Positions 25,931 through 39,799 of a stretch of DNA of 64,000 bases are shown here, in pieces. The notes under the pieces were generated by a model. The model saw only the letters and a program-made list of their open reading frames with translations. It was not told the origin of the DNA and did no database searches. This DNA is from Stegostoma tigrinum (lineage: Eukaryota). A program made the translations under genes and the position numbers. Position 1 is the first letter of the stretch; each line of letters opens with the position of its first letter. The stretch lies in contig NC_081396.1 of assembly GCF_030684315.1 (NCBI RefSeq), positions 5,146,001-5,210,000 of the forward strand. Direction: 5' to 3'.

Positions 25931-26541
25931 CATTGAGTTGCAGCTCGTGTTTAGCACGTTTCTTTCAATATTTTAATTTCAAAGATGATTATTTTTGGAT
26001 GTCCAACATTGCCCATTCTGGATTTCAAATTTGAAACTTTCACTCAATCAATCTTTCAGAGAGTTATTGCTGAAATAACACTTAATTCCGACAGAAGTGT
26101 GAGCTTGTGGTCCCTGGTGATTGTACTGATGAATTCTCTCTCATCTACAAACAAAGAAGTGAGACTTTCCACTTCTTGTCGCTACCCATCTGCCATTGCT
26201 TTTAATGGAAAGCAAGCATTTCTGACTTAACGCACCAAACAGCAGGTTTTACATTAAAACATGTTTGAGGACCTCCAGTGAAATGAAAACTCGATGGATA
26301 TCAATAAAAGTCATTGATGGAGGGAAGAGAATTATAGATACTGGATTTGTTTGTTTTGGGCAATTTCGGAAGCATTTTTAAAAATATAGCTGTTTTTCTC
26401 ACGTTAAGAATCTGCTCTGTGACTCATTCTCTGGAGCTGATTTCTTTTTTCTGTTACTCTGCATGAGAGCACCTTGTGAGCTATAACTGACACTCTCAGT
26501 GAGTTTTTGTCGGGGCTGTGCCACAACTTTGCATCATTGTG

Positions 26542-27016
26542 GGCCTCATAGCACAGAAATACATGGCAGAGTCCGACAACATGGTCTTGCTGACTGCTAA
26601 CTCAGTAATCTTCGTGGATTTATTATATGTGAAAGAGACTCGGTCAGACAAATCTGGATTTCTGTTTTCAGTCCCTGCTATCAGAATGTATACCATGTAC
26701 TGTGGAGGCTGCCCCGGCAGCTGATTGTACCAGTGAACATAAGGGCTGGAATCGCTTGTCTTCAAGTTGCAGGTTAGTGTGACATTGCTGCCTTCTTCAA
26801 CCGTCATTTCTGAATCAGGCTGTTCCACTTTGTCTTGCTGGCTTCTTTCTAACAAAAAAAGAAACAAAATTCAAAATTGTCATTTCCGTAACTGCTCAAA
26901 GAATAATAACATGTAGTTGCAAATATCTATGTCAGGGGAAATGGAATGTCACTGGGAAAGAAATACTTACTGAAAAGAGTGATAATGATGAGCAGCGCTG
27001 TGAGGAGATGCCTCAT
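26542..27016 (-). CDS. TCR alpha/delta V segment (V4b), apparently functional; leader 26971-27016, V exon 26542-26848
   Basis: Leader MRHLLTALLIIITLF + GTAAGT; VTLTC..VHWYNQ..LSDSAMYFCAMRP; RSS CACAATG-24-ACAAAAACT at 26502-26541. Confidence 0.92.
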
Positions 27017-30000
27017 GGTGCACTCTGTGTTTGTAATCAGTCTGGAAAAAAAGCTCCTATCTAAGATCCCTGTTAAGAGCTGTTAAACACGTTGATGAAC
27101 AGTGATGTCAGCTGTGATCTCTCAAACATCAAAAGGGGAAGAACAGTGTGTCAGAGCCACAGCAACAAATTGAATCTGAGAGAGCGTCAAACTCAGACTC
27201 CGCTCAGAGTGAATATATTCTGCTGTGTGAGAACAGAAAACCTGTGACAACCATCAGCTGCATCCGGATCCGATGGATGTTGAGATCATTGTAAACCCAT
27301 TGCCCGCTCAGAAACAGAATCACTGAGGAACAAATCGAGGGGGAGGTAATAAAAGGCCACGAATTTTATAATACAGACTGCAATTTTCAGCCCACTGCGA
27401 CTGTGCCTGCTCTTTGATACAACCATGCAATTAATTTCAGAGCTGGAGCTGTTTCCACATTCGGTAGCTCTGCACATGTTATTTCTTTCAAAGTGGCTTT
27501 ACAATACCATTCTGAAATTTAGCACTGATTCTACCTCCACATACATCGGGAATTCTAGATTGTAATAATATTCAATGATTAAAATAAAGCATTCTTTCCT
27601 TGTCAAATCTGTTGATCTTATTCCTGAGGTTCCCGACCTCCATGCGCCTGAAAATAATTAGCTATGATCAATTCCATCAAACCAAGTTTTAGGACTCAGC
27701 AGTTCATGAAACCATTTGTTAACCTGAAATTGGAAAAAGGAGAATAATATTGTGCCGCCTCACTGTGCATGATTCACATATCTTATCATCTTTTGTTTCT
27801 CCAAATCAGTAAATCCCTGTCCCTCACATGTTGCCTGATCTCTGGGCTGGGCTGAATTTCGAAATCCATATCTGCGGTCCTTTCTCGACTCCCAATTTTC
27901 TCCCTGTTTCTCTATCCTCTGCCTGTTCTCTGTTGCCCAGCACCTGCTTGTTCGTTGCGATTCGAATCAAAGAGACTGATTCAAAATTTTGGATCTGCAG
28001 AGACTCTTTGTCATTCAAAATAATTTACAAGGCTGACCAAAACATTCCCTGGTGCTGTTTTAGTGGTGAATTTGCTCTTTCAACACCATCAAATTGCTTC
28101 GATTCCTGGTCAGGAAATGGGGTTTGGTCTTGTTGCAGAAAATCTTGAAATAAACATGAATTCCTGGCTTAAAACGCAACAAAGACAGAGGCAGAGCAGC
28201 ACTACCAAATTTAGTAATAGTTTCTCATCACATGTGAAGGTATCACATCGGGGCAGGAGGAAGATGGCAAGAATGAGTTAAAGAAATTAACTGCAATCAT
28301 CTGGGATGAACCGTATCAGATAATTATTTACTTATTTTCTCTTTTGATTTTTTTTTCAATGAAACTCCATGCTAAATTATGGGTTTCTTTTGCAATGGAG
28401 ATTACAATCATCTCGAGACCCGCAATGAAAAACAGAGATATCCTCCGAGAGTGAGAATTGTCTATACAGTGACAGACCCTCAGAGAGGAAGGATATTCCC
28501 TATCGGTCTGAGATTCTTTCTCTCTTTGCGGCCACCAACTTCTGGATCCCTCGGAATGAAATGAACTGACAAAACGGGCTCAATTTTAGACTGAAAATAC
28601 TTGGCATTTCTTGAACTTCATTAGAGTCAGAGATGGAAACTAAGATAGGAGATAATATGCAGTCAAGGTGACATCAATTTCATTGAGTCCTAAACACACT
28701 ACCTTAACTAATCGATCACTGTCCTGACAGGGAAACATGTGCAAATGGTGTTCATATCAGCTGCGCTGAAAATTATTTCACAGTTGTGTCTCTGTGGACT
28801 TGTTTGAAAAATAACAACACATTCACCACTTTGAAAGACATTGGTACTTCTTCTTCTTCTGATCAGAAAGAACCAGACAAATGCCTTTATTCATTGGAAC
28901 AGCACTTACTCAATGCAAGACACAAAGATGAACGTGAAATGGAGCCCAATATTTCAACTGTACTTCAAAGAGACAGAAACTGAAACCCTACACTCGATCA
29001 TAGCAGCACTCAAGTGCCCTCTAATGGTCAGTTATCGCCACTACAATGGGACATCTGAACAGGAGTTCAGGGCACTCAATCCTGATTTTACCTCATCAGG
29101 TCCTGGTTTAAGACGCGTCTCAACGTGAGTTTTCCACCCAATCATGACACACCTCCATTCATTTAGAACACAAAATTTCTGCATTTAAGTCTTCATTATC
29201 CACCAAGTATCCACATACCAATGGGCTGGAGAATTTGAAAGAAGCACAGATGTTTCGCATATGAAAACGATGTCCATAATTTTTAACACCGCAATTCATC
29301 ATGGCAAGTTTGAAATAGACATCCACTTCCAGGCCTACCTGTTATAAGTGTTTAAATCATTCCCACATACATATTTTCTGAAGGAGGCCGGACTTCTAAC
29401 AGAAAATTATGGAAATGCATCCAATCGCATTTTACCAGCACCTCCTCCTGAAGGTTGGCATTCAGTGTTCTCAGCAATGTGCTCCTAGATTTTATGTCGA
29501 CCCGCTCTCTGTCGTCATTCTAAAATCAGATTCGCTTCAACGCCCAACATAAAGACCAGTACCAACCTGATGGATGAAAAACAGTGCACAAATTAATCAC
29601 TGATGCAATTCCCATGGGACTCATTTGCAGATTCACAACGTCAAATTTTCAAACAAATGAAGGAACATTGCTGGCATAAATTTCAAGAAGTTGGCATGAC
29701 ATTTATTTGCAACTCATTCACTCGATTGTACAAACAAGTTTAGAGTTTCAGTGAGCGGGTTACAATCTAACTTTTCTGCTTTTCCTGTACTCCTTAAATG
29801 TGAGTTGATATATAGAGAACAATTGATGGGTTTGTTTGAATCCCATCACTTCGTAGATTTCCAAGTGGCGGATCGATGTGCATGGAGCAGTTAGTTTATT
29901 GACAGTTTTCCTGTGGGCTTCCATCAAAGGAAAAATATATCAACACTTCTATGGTTACTCATTGACTAAGCACTTTATTTTGAGAATATCTTCTTGAATC

Positions 30001-30848
30001 CATTGAGAGCTCAGAACTCTGCTGCAAAGACTACCGATGGGGTGAAAAGACTGACAGATTTCTCCCTTGAATATCTCATATCACCAAACTTTTAGAACGC
30101 CAATTGCACCACAGAGACAAAACAAAAGGTTTTTTGCATGGAAGTCCAATGCCAGCTCTCAGTGAGTCCAACCTTCTAATTTAAAATAACGAGTTGTGGA
30201 AGCTGGGCCCCTGCAGTAACTATCTGATTTTACTTGTTTATTTCCATTTAAACCACCATGTTAATTGTCTTCATTGAAATGTTTTGTATGTTTTAATACC
30301 GATATTTTAGGTTTGATTTTTCATTATTCTTGTTCCATCTGGTTTCATCTGTTGTTTTACATGCATGTTTGCACGTTCTGCCTCATCAGATCACGTACTG
30401 CTGATCATCTCCCAAAAGAGTGCCCTTGCTTTGATTTAACAATTCTTTGATTTAACCAATGATTCCAAATATGATCCCGCACCTTCAATATTTAGAACCA
30501 TCACTACTTCTGTAAGCTGGCTGGGACACGGATCTCAGCAGAGATCGTATATCGGCGATCAGAACGTGATAATTACGCTTACCCTCGTGCTGCGCCACAA
30601 CCCAGGGACTGAAACCCATATATACTACAGAAATATTGAGGCATCCATTCATTTATCTTGCCTGTTATCTCATCCCGACCTGGTCCTTCATTTGATACCT
30701 GTTCTTCATTCTGTCTTTCTAACATTGAGTAGGTGCCCCAAACAGTGGCAAAATTAATCAACACAAACTTATAGTCTCTGTTTATTTGCTGCAAAATACG
30801 CTCTCAGTTCCATTCAATATATTGAACCTTATTGTCATTACTGTTCCT

Positions 30849-31482
30849 AGCGAGTTTTGAGAAGATTTGTAGCTCAGGTTGAGGCTCTGGATGTGAGTTT
30901 GCTTGCTGAGCTGGAAGGTTAGTTTTCAGACGTTTTGTCACCATTCTAGGTAACATCATCAGTGAGCCTCCAATGAAGCGCCGGTGTTATGTCCCACTTT
31001 CTATTTATTTGTTTAGGTTTCCTTGGGTTGGTGATGTCATTTCCTGTTCTTTTTCTCAGAGGATGGAAGATTTGCTCCAAATCAACATCAGCTAGCCACA
31101 AAACGACATGACCCACTATCACTGGTATCCTTACATACAGATGAGGAAGGACATCACTTTGATTGTGACAACACATCCATCCTAGGACGATCCAAACAGA
31201 GACACGCACGAGAACTCCTAGAAGCATTGCAATCCAACCGGAACTCCATCAGCAAACACATCGATTTGGAGCCAATCTACCATCCTCTGAGAAAAAAAGA
31301 ACAGGAAATGGCATCACCAACACAGGAAATGACATCACCAACCCAAGGAAAACTAAACAGATAAATAGAAAGCGGGACATAACACCAGTGCTTCATCGGA
31401 GGATCACTAATGATGTTACCTAGAATGGTGACGAAAAGTCTGAAAACTAACCTTGCAGCTCAGTGAGCAAACTCACATCCAG
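30849..31482. mobile_element. Second Penelope-derived inverted-repeat element (same family as 21521)
   Basis: ~230-bp inverted arms with hammerhead boxes; flanked by ATTACTGTTCCT / ATTACTATTCCT. Confidence 0.85.
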
Positions 31483-31699
31483 ATTACTATTCCTGTTTTT
31501 CACACCACTTGAATGGGTCCACGTCACTATCAGTTATTGGTGCACTTTTGATGTGACTTTCCTCATTACCTTGATCCTAACTCTGTTACACTGGCAAAAG
31601 TTGTGTCGAGTAACTAGGGTGCATGGCCATTTACTCACCTGAACTGCAATGGAATAACAGAATCCTTGCAGTAAGAAAAGTCTGTTCAAGTCGACATTG

Positions 31700-31915
31700 G
31701 CTTACCAAAGAGCATCCCAACCCGGCTTCCGCCTTTACCCTCCCCTTAGCCCATGGCCAATCCACCTCACCTGCACAACTTCGGGCTCTGTGTAAATCAA
31801 CGAGCAGATGGGGAGAATGCGCAGACGTCATGCAACCAGTCATTTGACTGGAATTAAACCCAGTCCATGGCACTGAAAAGCAGCAATGATAACTGGTGTG
31901 AGCCATTGAGGCACA
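31700..31915 (-). mobile_element. HE1/V-SINE-like SINE
   Basis: TTAGCCCATGGCCAATCCACCTCACCTGCAC..GGGGAGAATGCGCAGAC..GGAATTAAACCC. Confidence 0.6.
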
Positions 31916-34595
31916 TTTCGGCTTTGCTGTGTTGAAATCACGCATCCACGTCTCTGTGACAAAATGTTAAATAGAGCAGTCGATCATAACTGACTACATC
32001 TTGCAGTAAATCTCTCTTAACTGTAACCATGAAGGGATATTTTTTTAAAAAGTTAATATCCCTACATTCCTGTCACTGTTCATATTATATTTAGCTCTTC
32101 TCAGCTCTTACGACACCAAAGCAGATAATTTTGCAAGTGATACTCATAGTTTTGTTGGAGTGTCTTATTTCGAAGCCACATTTCAGTTGTTACTGTGCTT
32201 CTATGAGAACAGACCTCTTGTTGACCCTTATATACTGTAGATGCTGCATGACCGAGAAAATGGCCACTGCCATGGATACTGTCTTACATTTGCTGACAGT
32301 TATTTCATGTGTGTCAGATGTACACCTGTTAAAATATTTAGTTGATGCAAATAATATGAATACTCTCACAAATAAACTATATACGTGAACTAACCAGACA
32401 CTTAAAAAGAAACAAATATTTAAAGAAGTAAAGAAGACGATATTAGAGATAGCATCATTTACCATTGATGGAGCCAGAAAGATATGTTTGTGGAGAGGAG
32501 GGAACTACAAAATCCACCATCAAAAGCTCTCCCACAGGTATACAGCATTGACTCTCTTTGCCAATGATACAGACTGAAGGCATGACACTGACCTTTTTGG
32601 TCAATGTTGACTATAACTGTTGTGCTTGCTGTGACATAATTTTTCCACCAGACGCTCCGATTCAGAATAAAAGGGAAGCAATCTGAAAGTTTCGTACAGC
32701 TATTTCTGAAGAAAAATGCATGAGTATATCACTGACCTCATTTTTTCCCACTTGCTATTTCATTATTGCTGTTATTAGTAACAAATGTCAACTAAGTTTT
32801 TGTTCTTGCAGATCTTCGTAAAAAAAAATAGAAAAATCTTTCTTCCTTTTCAATTAATAATGGACCTGTATTGAAAGCTAGTCTCAGTAATAGTGACAAT
32901 TAAAATATCATCGTTTACTGTGACACCTCAACTGGACCCCTATTGATCTTGAGTAAAGAGGATTCTGTGATCCTTCCATGATTTCGTGTACTTCAGACTC
33001 CAGGCTCACTGAAATATGATTGAGCTTGATTTACCTTTGAAATATTCGACAAACCTTTCCACTTCAAAGGCAGTGACAGCTGGACAGGAATTGCTGTCCT
33101 TTTGTGTGACCCACACACCTGTGAAAGTTATTATCTAAGTCATGTCTCTGCTTTTTTATAACAAACGTGCACCAAATGCTCTTACATAACATTTAAAGAT
33201 ATTGCTTGCTTTTTAAGCCTGTAAATTTATTGAAATATGATCAAATAGATTGATGGGCTGTGACAGGCTACATACAATGCAACACAAACGTTTACCATTT
33301 ATATTTTTGCACATAACGTTCAATTCGAATGCAACAAATTCCCATACAGTGTCTCCCTCTTATCCGATTTGGAAATATTGATTTACCAAGTCTCTTTGTC
33401 TGGCACATGTCTTTTACAACATCTTCTAATATGCATGTTGCAAGATTTTTAAAAAAAAATTACAGGGTGGATTTCATTGCCTTCAACTTAAAAAAAATCA
33501 TATAACACGTATTGAAATCACCTTGATATATTTCTGCCAAGATTCTGGATTCTTTAGGCTGTTAATTAAGTTTTATGCAACGATTGTTTACTCTCTGAGG
33601 TCATAGTGACCTGTTCCACGATTGTTTCTGTCCTCTTGCTACGTCATATATCTCTTGCTACTGTTGCAAGGTTATCTTGTTTCAACATTTCTTTTGTTTT
33701 GCTGACTGAGAAAACGTTCTTTCAAGAAAGTTTATCAAATCCAGTCTCTGCTCCCAAGGCTAATTGCATACAAATATTTTATTAAATTCCCCAATTCCTA
33801 ATTTACTTACACTTCAACTTTTGTACTGACGTATGTCGGTATGCTTACACATAATTATTTAAAATGCTTCATCTCATGTGGGTCAAATTTTTCCTTCTAA
33901 TTCTTATAAAACTGGATATTTCAAAACAGATGGTTTTCATTCGAACTGTATTATCAGAGTCTTACTGTCTGCATTCTGATTCCATCTTATTGAGACTCTG
34001 AAGCATTTTGTGATCTGCATTGAAAGCCATGATTTGGGCTCTATGAAGTGCCACAGCAGCTAAAAGTTCTTTCGATTGTGTGTGTCAAATTAGAAATAGC
34101 ATCCTAATAGCCATGTTGTCATTTTGCAGCAGTCTATTGCATTAACTGAATGATAACAGAGCAGGTGTTGCTTTGATCAGCGTTTGCAGTGATATCTGTG
34201 TTGGGAAATATTCATTTCCGCACTGGATGTGATTAATTAACTTTCGAGGTGGCAACTAGGCATATCAGGACAGTTTCAGTAACAGTTTGGATCAGGAAAT
34301 GGGTGCTGTCTCGAGACTGGTTCATTAAAAATCTTTCTGTTTTGATCCCTCGCAGCCAACTTGATGGCAATTGCAGTCTGATGTCGAGGACAGAGTGGAC
34401 ATTCACTGTGTATCACCGACTACCCACCGGCAATAAAAGTGTCAGTTTTCCTTGCTATCATCTTTGCAATCATCCTGAACCGAATCACCACCTTTAATTT
34501 ATGTGCATTCTGCTTCTACCACCCTGGGTGAAGATTCAGCAATGTGCTAGACCACCTTCCTCAGGACTGTTCATTTTGGTTGGCATTGGCCTTTA

Positions 34596-35110
34596 CCAGA
34601 TCAGATATTGCACTGAGAAAACTGCATCGCTGGTCATAGGTATAGCCCGTGCTTTGATCCACATGAAAAACATCCTTTATTATTTTATCGATCAGTCACT
34701 GTATTTGGTTAATGGGGTACTCTTGTTCTTCAACATAAAATCAACTTTCTATTGCTTGCTTTCTTGCCATGCCTTCGGCTGGCCGATGATATCTTAACAC
34801 CATTTCTTTCGGTCGTCCTTATTTTTCTGCTCAATACCCTTAACGTGGGACACATTCTGGTGGCTCGACGAGCCCACAAGAGTCTCTGGGGAATCAAAAT
34901 TGGCAGAGACCCAGAATTGGCACACCGCAAGTCGCCCATTGCTTTTTATTTCATAATCTCTCTCAGCTTCCTCTCCTTGTTGGTAATGCGAGGTGAATGC
35001 TACCTCTACATTCAGGTTGCATGTGAAGATCGCTTTACTGGCCTGGATAAAAATGGCATCCAATATATCTTTTAAGAGATGGGAAACAGGCTCTATTTAC
35101 TCAGTTCAGA
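34596..35110 (+). pseudogene. GPR139/142-like GPCR pseudogene fragment (ICL2-TM7)
   Basis: IRYCTEKTASLVIG..LTPFLSVVLIFLLNTLNVGHILVARRA..DPELAHRKSPI across a frameshift; homologous to both intact GPCRs. Confidence 0.85.
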
Positions 35111-36324
35111 AAGGAGCTGTGGAAAGTGTTGACCTTTCCTGTCATTCGGGCCATTCCTTTCATTAAAAAAGTGAGAGAAAAAGAATCACATGTAGTGCCA
35201 TCATTTAATGATCGGCATTCTCTTCCTCATTCTCGATGGAATCAGACATCATGCATTCACCTAGCAGGACTTGAGACATTTTAGGACCATTGAGCAGAGT
35301 CAACATTTCCCTGTTGTGAATATTGAAGGAATGCCGAGCTATCAAATGTGCTGTCTTCCTGGATGAGATCTGAACCACTGACTGTATCCACTCTCTCAGT
35401 TGGACTCTATAATATTTTACAGTTGGCATTCCAAAAAGGACAAGAAATTTCATCTGTGGCTTGCTTAGTCAACATTTGCTTGTCATATATTAGCACTGAA
35501 ACGAGTTTGCTGCTAGGCTCTCCCGATTTTTTATTGGAATTTTGCTTTGTTTGCATTTGATTTTTCATTTCCAATATTTAAAATGAATTTGAAAGAATTA
35601 CTTAATTGTGCATAGAAGGGGTCGTGAGGTCACAAAAATGCTGCATCAATTAATTTTCTTTATTTTTAAAATTTATTTATATCTATCATTTGTTTCTTTC
35701 GATGAAATTTTATTTTAATGTCAACTTTAAAATGGACAAATGCGCCATCTGATCTGAGAGCAAATACAAAAAGACACAAGAAATGAAAGAAATTTCCTTA
35801 GGAATGTAAAGAACTTTTAAAAAAAAGGATTCTGGAGAATGCAGACAGAGTTGGGCATGTGCCCAATTAGTGAACATCATCAAAGGCCATGATTTCAGTT
35901 CCTGGGTCTCTCACCTCTGATCGTATGATGGATGATCTTTGTATAAGTCAATCAAATTGGAGAGTTCTTGTCAATAGTCCTACTAGCTGCGGTTGAGGTA
36001 TTCTGGTGCTGAGAATATCGAAATCTAAGAATCACAGGCAGTTTAATCTGTTCCCAATCATGATAACAAATATGGAGAATATTCCCTCGATTCAGATCTT
36101 GATGGTTAGAAATTAATAAGAATTCATTTATTTTTCAAAATCAGAATTCATTCTGTATTTATATGAAGTGGTTCTGATTCGTGTAAGTAAGCACATATTG
36201 TTTTATTATTTTGGTAATTCGGTAGAATTAGATGAATAATCTTGCAATCTATAGCAATTATAACTAAAATGATTTCGTGGAATATCAATCAAGCAAAGCA
36301 TTCAGCAATATTTGTGCAGAGGTT

Positions 36325-36496
36325 TATAATCAATGCCCGAAGCACATCGTATGCAATGAAGCATCAAGTGCAACACGTGTCCTGGAATTTCCAGCTGTCA
36401 GCTGGAAAACCAGCAACTGACAGTTCTGTAAATTGTGGTTAAGAAAATGTGTCGCAGTGCCTTCCAGTACAATGCAGTCTTCGGGCATTGATTATA
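36325..36496. mobile_element. MITE-like element with perfect 18-bp terminal inverted repeats
   Basis: TATAATCAATGCCCGAAG (36325-36342) / CTTCGGGCATTGATTATA (36479-36496). Confidence 0.5.
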
Positions 36497-36586
36497 CGTT
36501 AAGTGAGAGAAAGTGACATATTTATAGAGAGAAATCACCTGAGTCAATGACATAATTTACAAAGTTAACTGGCAACATAAAACCTT

Positions 36587-37457
36587 TACAGCAGAATACA
36601 GATAGACTGGAGAGTTGGGTAAATAAATGGCAGATGGAGTTCAATCCGGGCAAATGCGAGGTGATGCATTTTGGACGATCAAATTCAAGGGCGAACTATA
36701 CAGTAAATGGAAAAGTCCTAGGGAGAATCGATGAACAGAGAGATCTGGGTGTTCAGGTCCATTGTTCCCTGAAGGTGACAACGCAGGTCGATAGGGTGAT
36801 CACGAAGGCATATAACATGCTTTCCTTCATTGGGCAGGGTATTGAGCACAAGAGTTGGCAGGTCACGTTGCAGTTGTATAGGACTTTGGTTCGACCACAT
36901 TTGGGGTATTGTGTACAGTTCTGGTCGCCACATTACCAAAAGAGTGTGCATGTTTTTTGGAGAGGGTGCAGAGGAGGTTCATCAGGATGTTGCCTGGTAT
37001 GGAGGGTGCTAGTTATGAAGAGAGGTTGAGTAGAATAGGATTATTTTCATTAGAAAGACGGAAATTGAGGGGGGACCTGATTGAGGCCTACAAAATCATG
37101 AGGGGTATAGACAGGGTGGATAGCAAAAAGCTTTGTCCCAGAGTGGGGTCTCAATTACTAGGGGTCATGAGTGCAAAGTGAGAGGAGGAAAGTTTAATGG
37201 AGATATGCGTGGAAAGTTCTTTACACAGAGGGCGGTGGGTGCCTGGAATGCGTTGCCAGCAGAGGTGGTAGACGCAGACACGTTAGCGTCTTTTAAGATA
37301 TATTTGGACAGGTACATGGATGGGCAGGGAGCAAATGGACACAGACCATTAGAAAATAGATGACAGGTTAGACAGCGGATCTTGATCTGCCCAGGCTTGG
37401 AGGGCCGAAGGGCCTGTTCCTGTGCTGTAATTTTCTTTGTTCTTTTCTTTGTTCTTT
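36587..37457 (+). mobile_element. 5'-truncated CR1 LINE
   Basis: WQMEFNPGKCEVMHFG..LVRPHL.YCVQFWSP..LFSLERRKLRGDLIE..FFTQR (frameshifted) plus (TTCTTTG)n tail. Confidence 0.92.
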
Positions 37458-37652
37458 ATTCTTTTAAGAAGAGTGGTGTGAATAACAACATCAGAAATAA
37501 TATTAGAAAGGAGGAACAATTTGTATTGTGGCATTGATAGACATTTCCATATAAAATAACAAAGGGGCAATGTCATGGAGATATGTCCGTGGTGAAAGGA
37601 AGAATTGATGCAGTTAACCTATGATTCACTCTGTTAGTGGAGCTGACTTCAC

Positions 37653-37721
37653 CTGGCATTCCGATTACTTTAAAGTCGCGATAGCAAATGGCATCATCAG
37701 ATATTTTGGTATTCTTTGTAT
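37653..37721 (-). pseudogene. Decayed exon 1 of a GPR139-like gene
   Basis: Aligns to 48334-48403 (ATG->ATA, 1-nt deletion, same CAG/GTGAAG donor); upstream 38040-38260 matches 48730-48950. Confidence 0.7.
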
Positions 37722-39482
37722 TTGTAGTACAAACGCCAGTGCATGACGAACCTCATTGCCAATGATGACGTTTATAGTTGGTGAAAAGCCCACAGGAAGA
37801 TTATTAGATGCTTGATCTTTTACATTGATACATTCATTGGAACAAAACAGACCAATGCCACTGGTGCTCATGGAATGAATTGTTTATCACGTGCGGAGAC
37901 ACTGCTCCAATATGAAATAGCCACACATCGTAGAAATGTCCCTGTTGCATTACCTCAATTAAAAGTAAGATACTTAATTGGATTTTGAGACAAAACAGAC
38001 ATCTTCTTACCGACCAGTTAGAGAAAAATAAATTGCCTTGGAAGACATAACCATCTTCTCTATCCTGAAATGTATTGTGTCTATTTAACCACTTTCCAAG
38101 TGCAATGTGATTTTGAGACCCTGTAAAAGAATTGATTGCATCAACATTGTCGATAGGTTTCTCAAAGTAGTTACAATTCGGGGAGCATGAGCCCAGTCTT
38201 TACTTATTACATAACCACGCCTGGCCAGGTTTGTGCTGCTATATCCAACACAACAGCTCCATACAGTTAGACTCAGTGTGCACATGTCTAATTCAACACA
38301 ATCACTCCAATCGACACATACTGGTTTGGCACAAACATAATTTTAATAAATTTCACAATTTTATATCAGTGTAGATTTGTTCATCAGGAAAAAAGGTCAC
38401 CTCTTGGAAGACCCCATGCCTGCTGGAGGAAGTTGCCTCCAGCTTAGTTGAATTCAATGTGGTCACATGCAAACTGGCCTTGTTTTTAAATGGCGGAGCA
38501 ACATTTGGAGAACAACTACACAGCATAAGGGAATTGTACAACAGTGTAAAGCTTTACTGGTAATTTAGTGAATATCATTGTGATGTGCCATGGCGCTTTG
38601 TTGAAGAAAATTAGCATACTTTATGCAGTATTGATTTGGAATGTTCAGACGCAAAGGAAGGTAACTGTTATTAGTAATAAACTCGATGAGAAAGCTGACT
38701 TACAAAGATTGCACCCCCATCTTTGAACACCCTGATCAATATCTCTAATAACGATGCCAGAAAAGTTGTGTGAAATAATGCCAGACGTGGCATCTCATAT
38801 CGGGTTTCTTTGAGCCCACATACATTTTATTCTGCCTGTACAATACTTTTGTCGTGAAAGAATTGTGCATTTACATCGATAGTCAAAGGCTAAAACATGG
38901 TCACAAACAAAGATAATTTGAAGTCATTTTGCACTGGTACTTGTCCTTCCTGGAGTATCTGAAGAAAATATCTGAAAAGGTGAGATGAGATATTTGGAAT
39001 TTAATAGCAGAAGTGTCTCCAGCAGAATACAAAGTCATTCGAAGCACAAATAGTTTTTCCTTAAAGGAAAATGATTTGACAAACAATTCCTCGGTAATCT
39101 GATACTGGAAATACTCTGGCTGAGAGGAAGGAGCTGCAAAACACGATGAAATCTGAACAACCTCAACACATGACAAAAATAATAAATAAACAACTATTCT
39201 TTCGATCTATCTGCATAACTATCGGTCTGTCTGTCTTTCTATACATCTATCTATCTAGCTATAAAAAGGCAGAGCTTGTTTCATGCCCATCATTTATTTT
39301 TCATGTTGTACACTCAGAAAATCCGATTAAATATGATCCTATAAATTTTATTGGTGATAAGATTTTGAAAATTAATCCATCTTGAAGTTTGTGTTGAAAA
39401 GTAAGTTTTCTCAAATTATTCTTTCTTGTGAAATCCTTGTTTTGGTGAAAGTTTACTGCACGTGGAGACACAGTACAATGTC

Positions 39483-39799
39483 AGATTTTGTAGGACCAGA
39501 TCCACTGTTTGTCTCACAGTACCTGCATTGAACAGTCATACACTCCAGCATCCTCGACCTCAATGAGATCAAGCAATATGTTTCTACCTTCTTTTCTCTG
39601 TCAAATGAAGGAGTATCGTGTCCATTTGCCAAATTACGCTGGCAACTGTAGTTGATAAATGACAGGGGCCCTGTCGGTATTTATCTGTACCAAAGTACAT
39701 CAGCATGAGAATGAAAGGAGAGCCAAGAGTCCAATTCAACTGGATTAACTTCCAAAGATAGCACTTGACCAGCCTGTGTGCTTTGGTTCTCATATAGAA
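39483..39799 (-). pseudogene. TCR V pseudogene with 23-RSS
   Basis: AG acceptor; VLYENQSTQ..VELDS..VLWYR*..LDLIEVEDAGVYDCSMQ; TACTGTG-23-ACAAAATCT (39483-39521). Confidence 0.8.

Larger units (their letters stand above)
16647..30374 (+). repeat. Tandem segmental duplication, unit B (~13.7 kb)
   Basis: Starts TTGCACCAAA like 2439; its end (30260-30374) matches 16530-16641. Confidence 0.9.

Noticed and set aside
32250-32300. Minus-strand VSMAVA match to GPCR TM2
   Set aside because: Only ~18 nt of similarity; the flanks do not continue the alignment
38901-39135. Possible TCR constant-like exon on minus strand (APSSQPEYF..)
   Set aside because: No C1-set Cys/Trp pattern in one frame and an implausible position right after a V RSS
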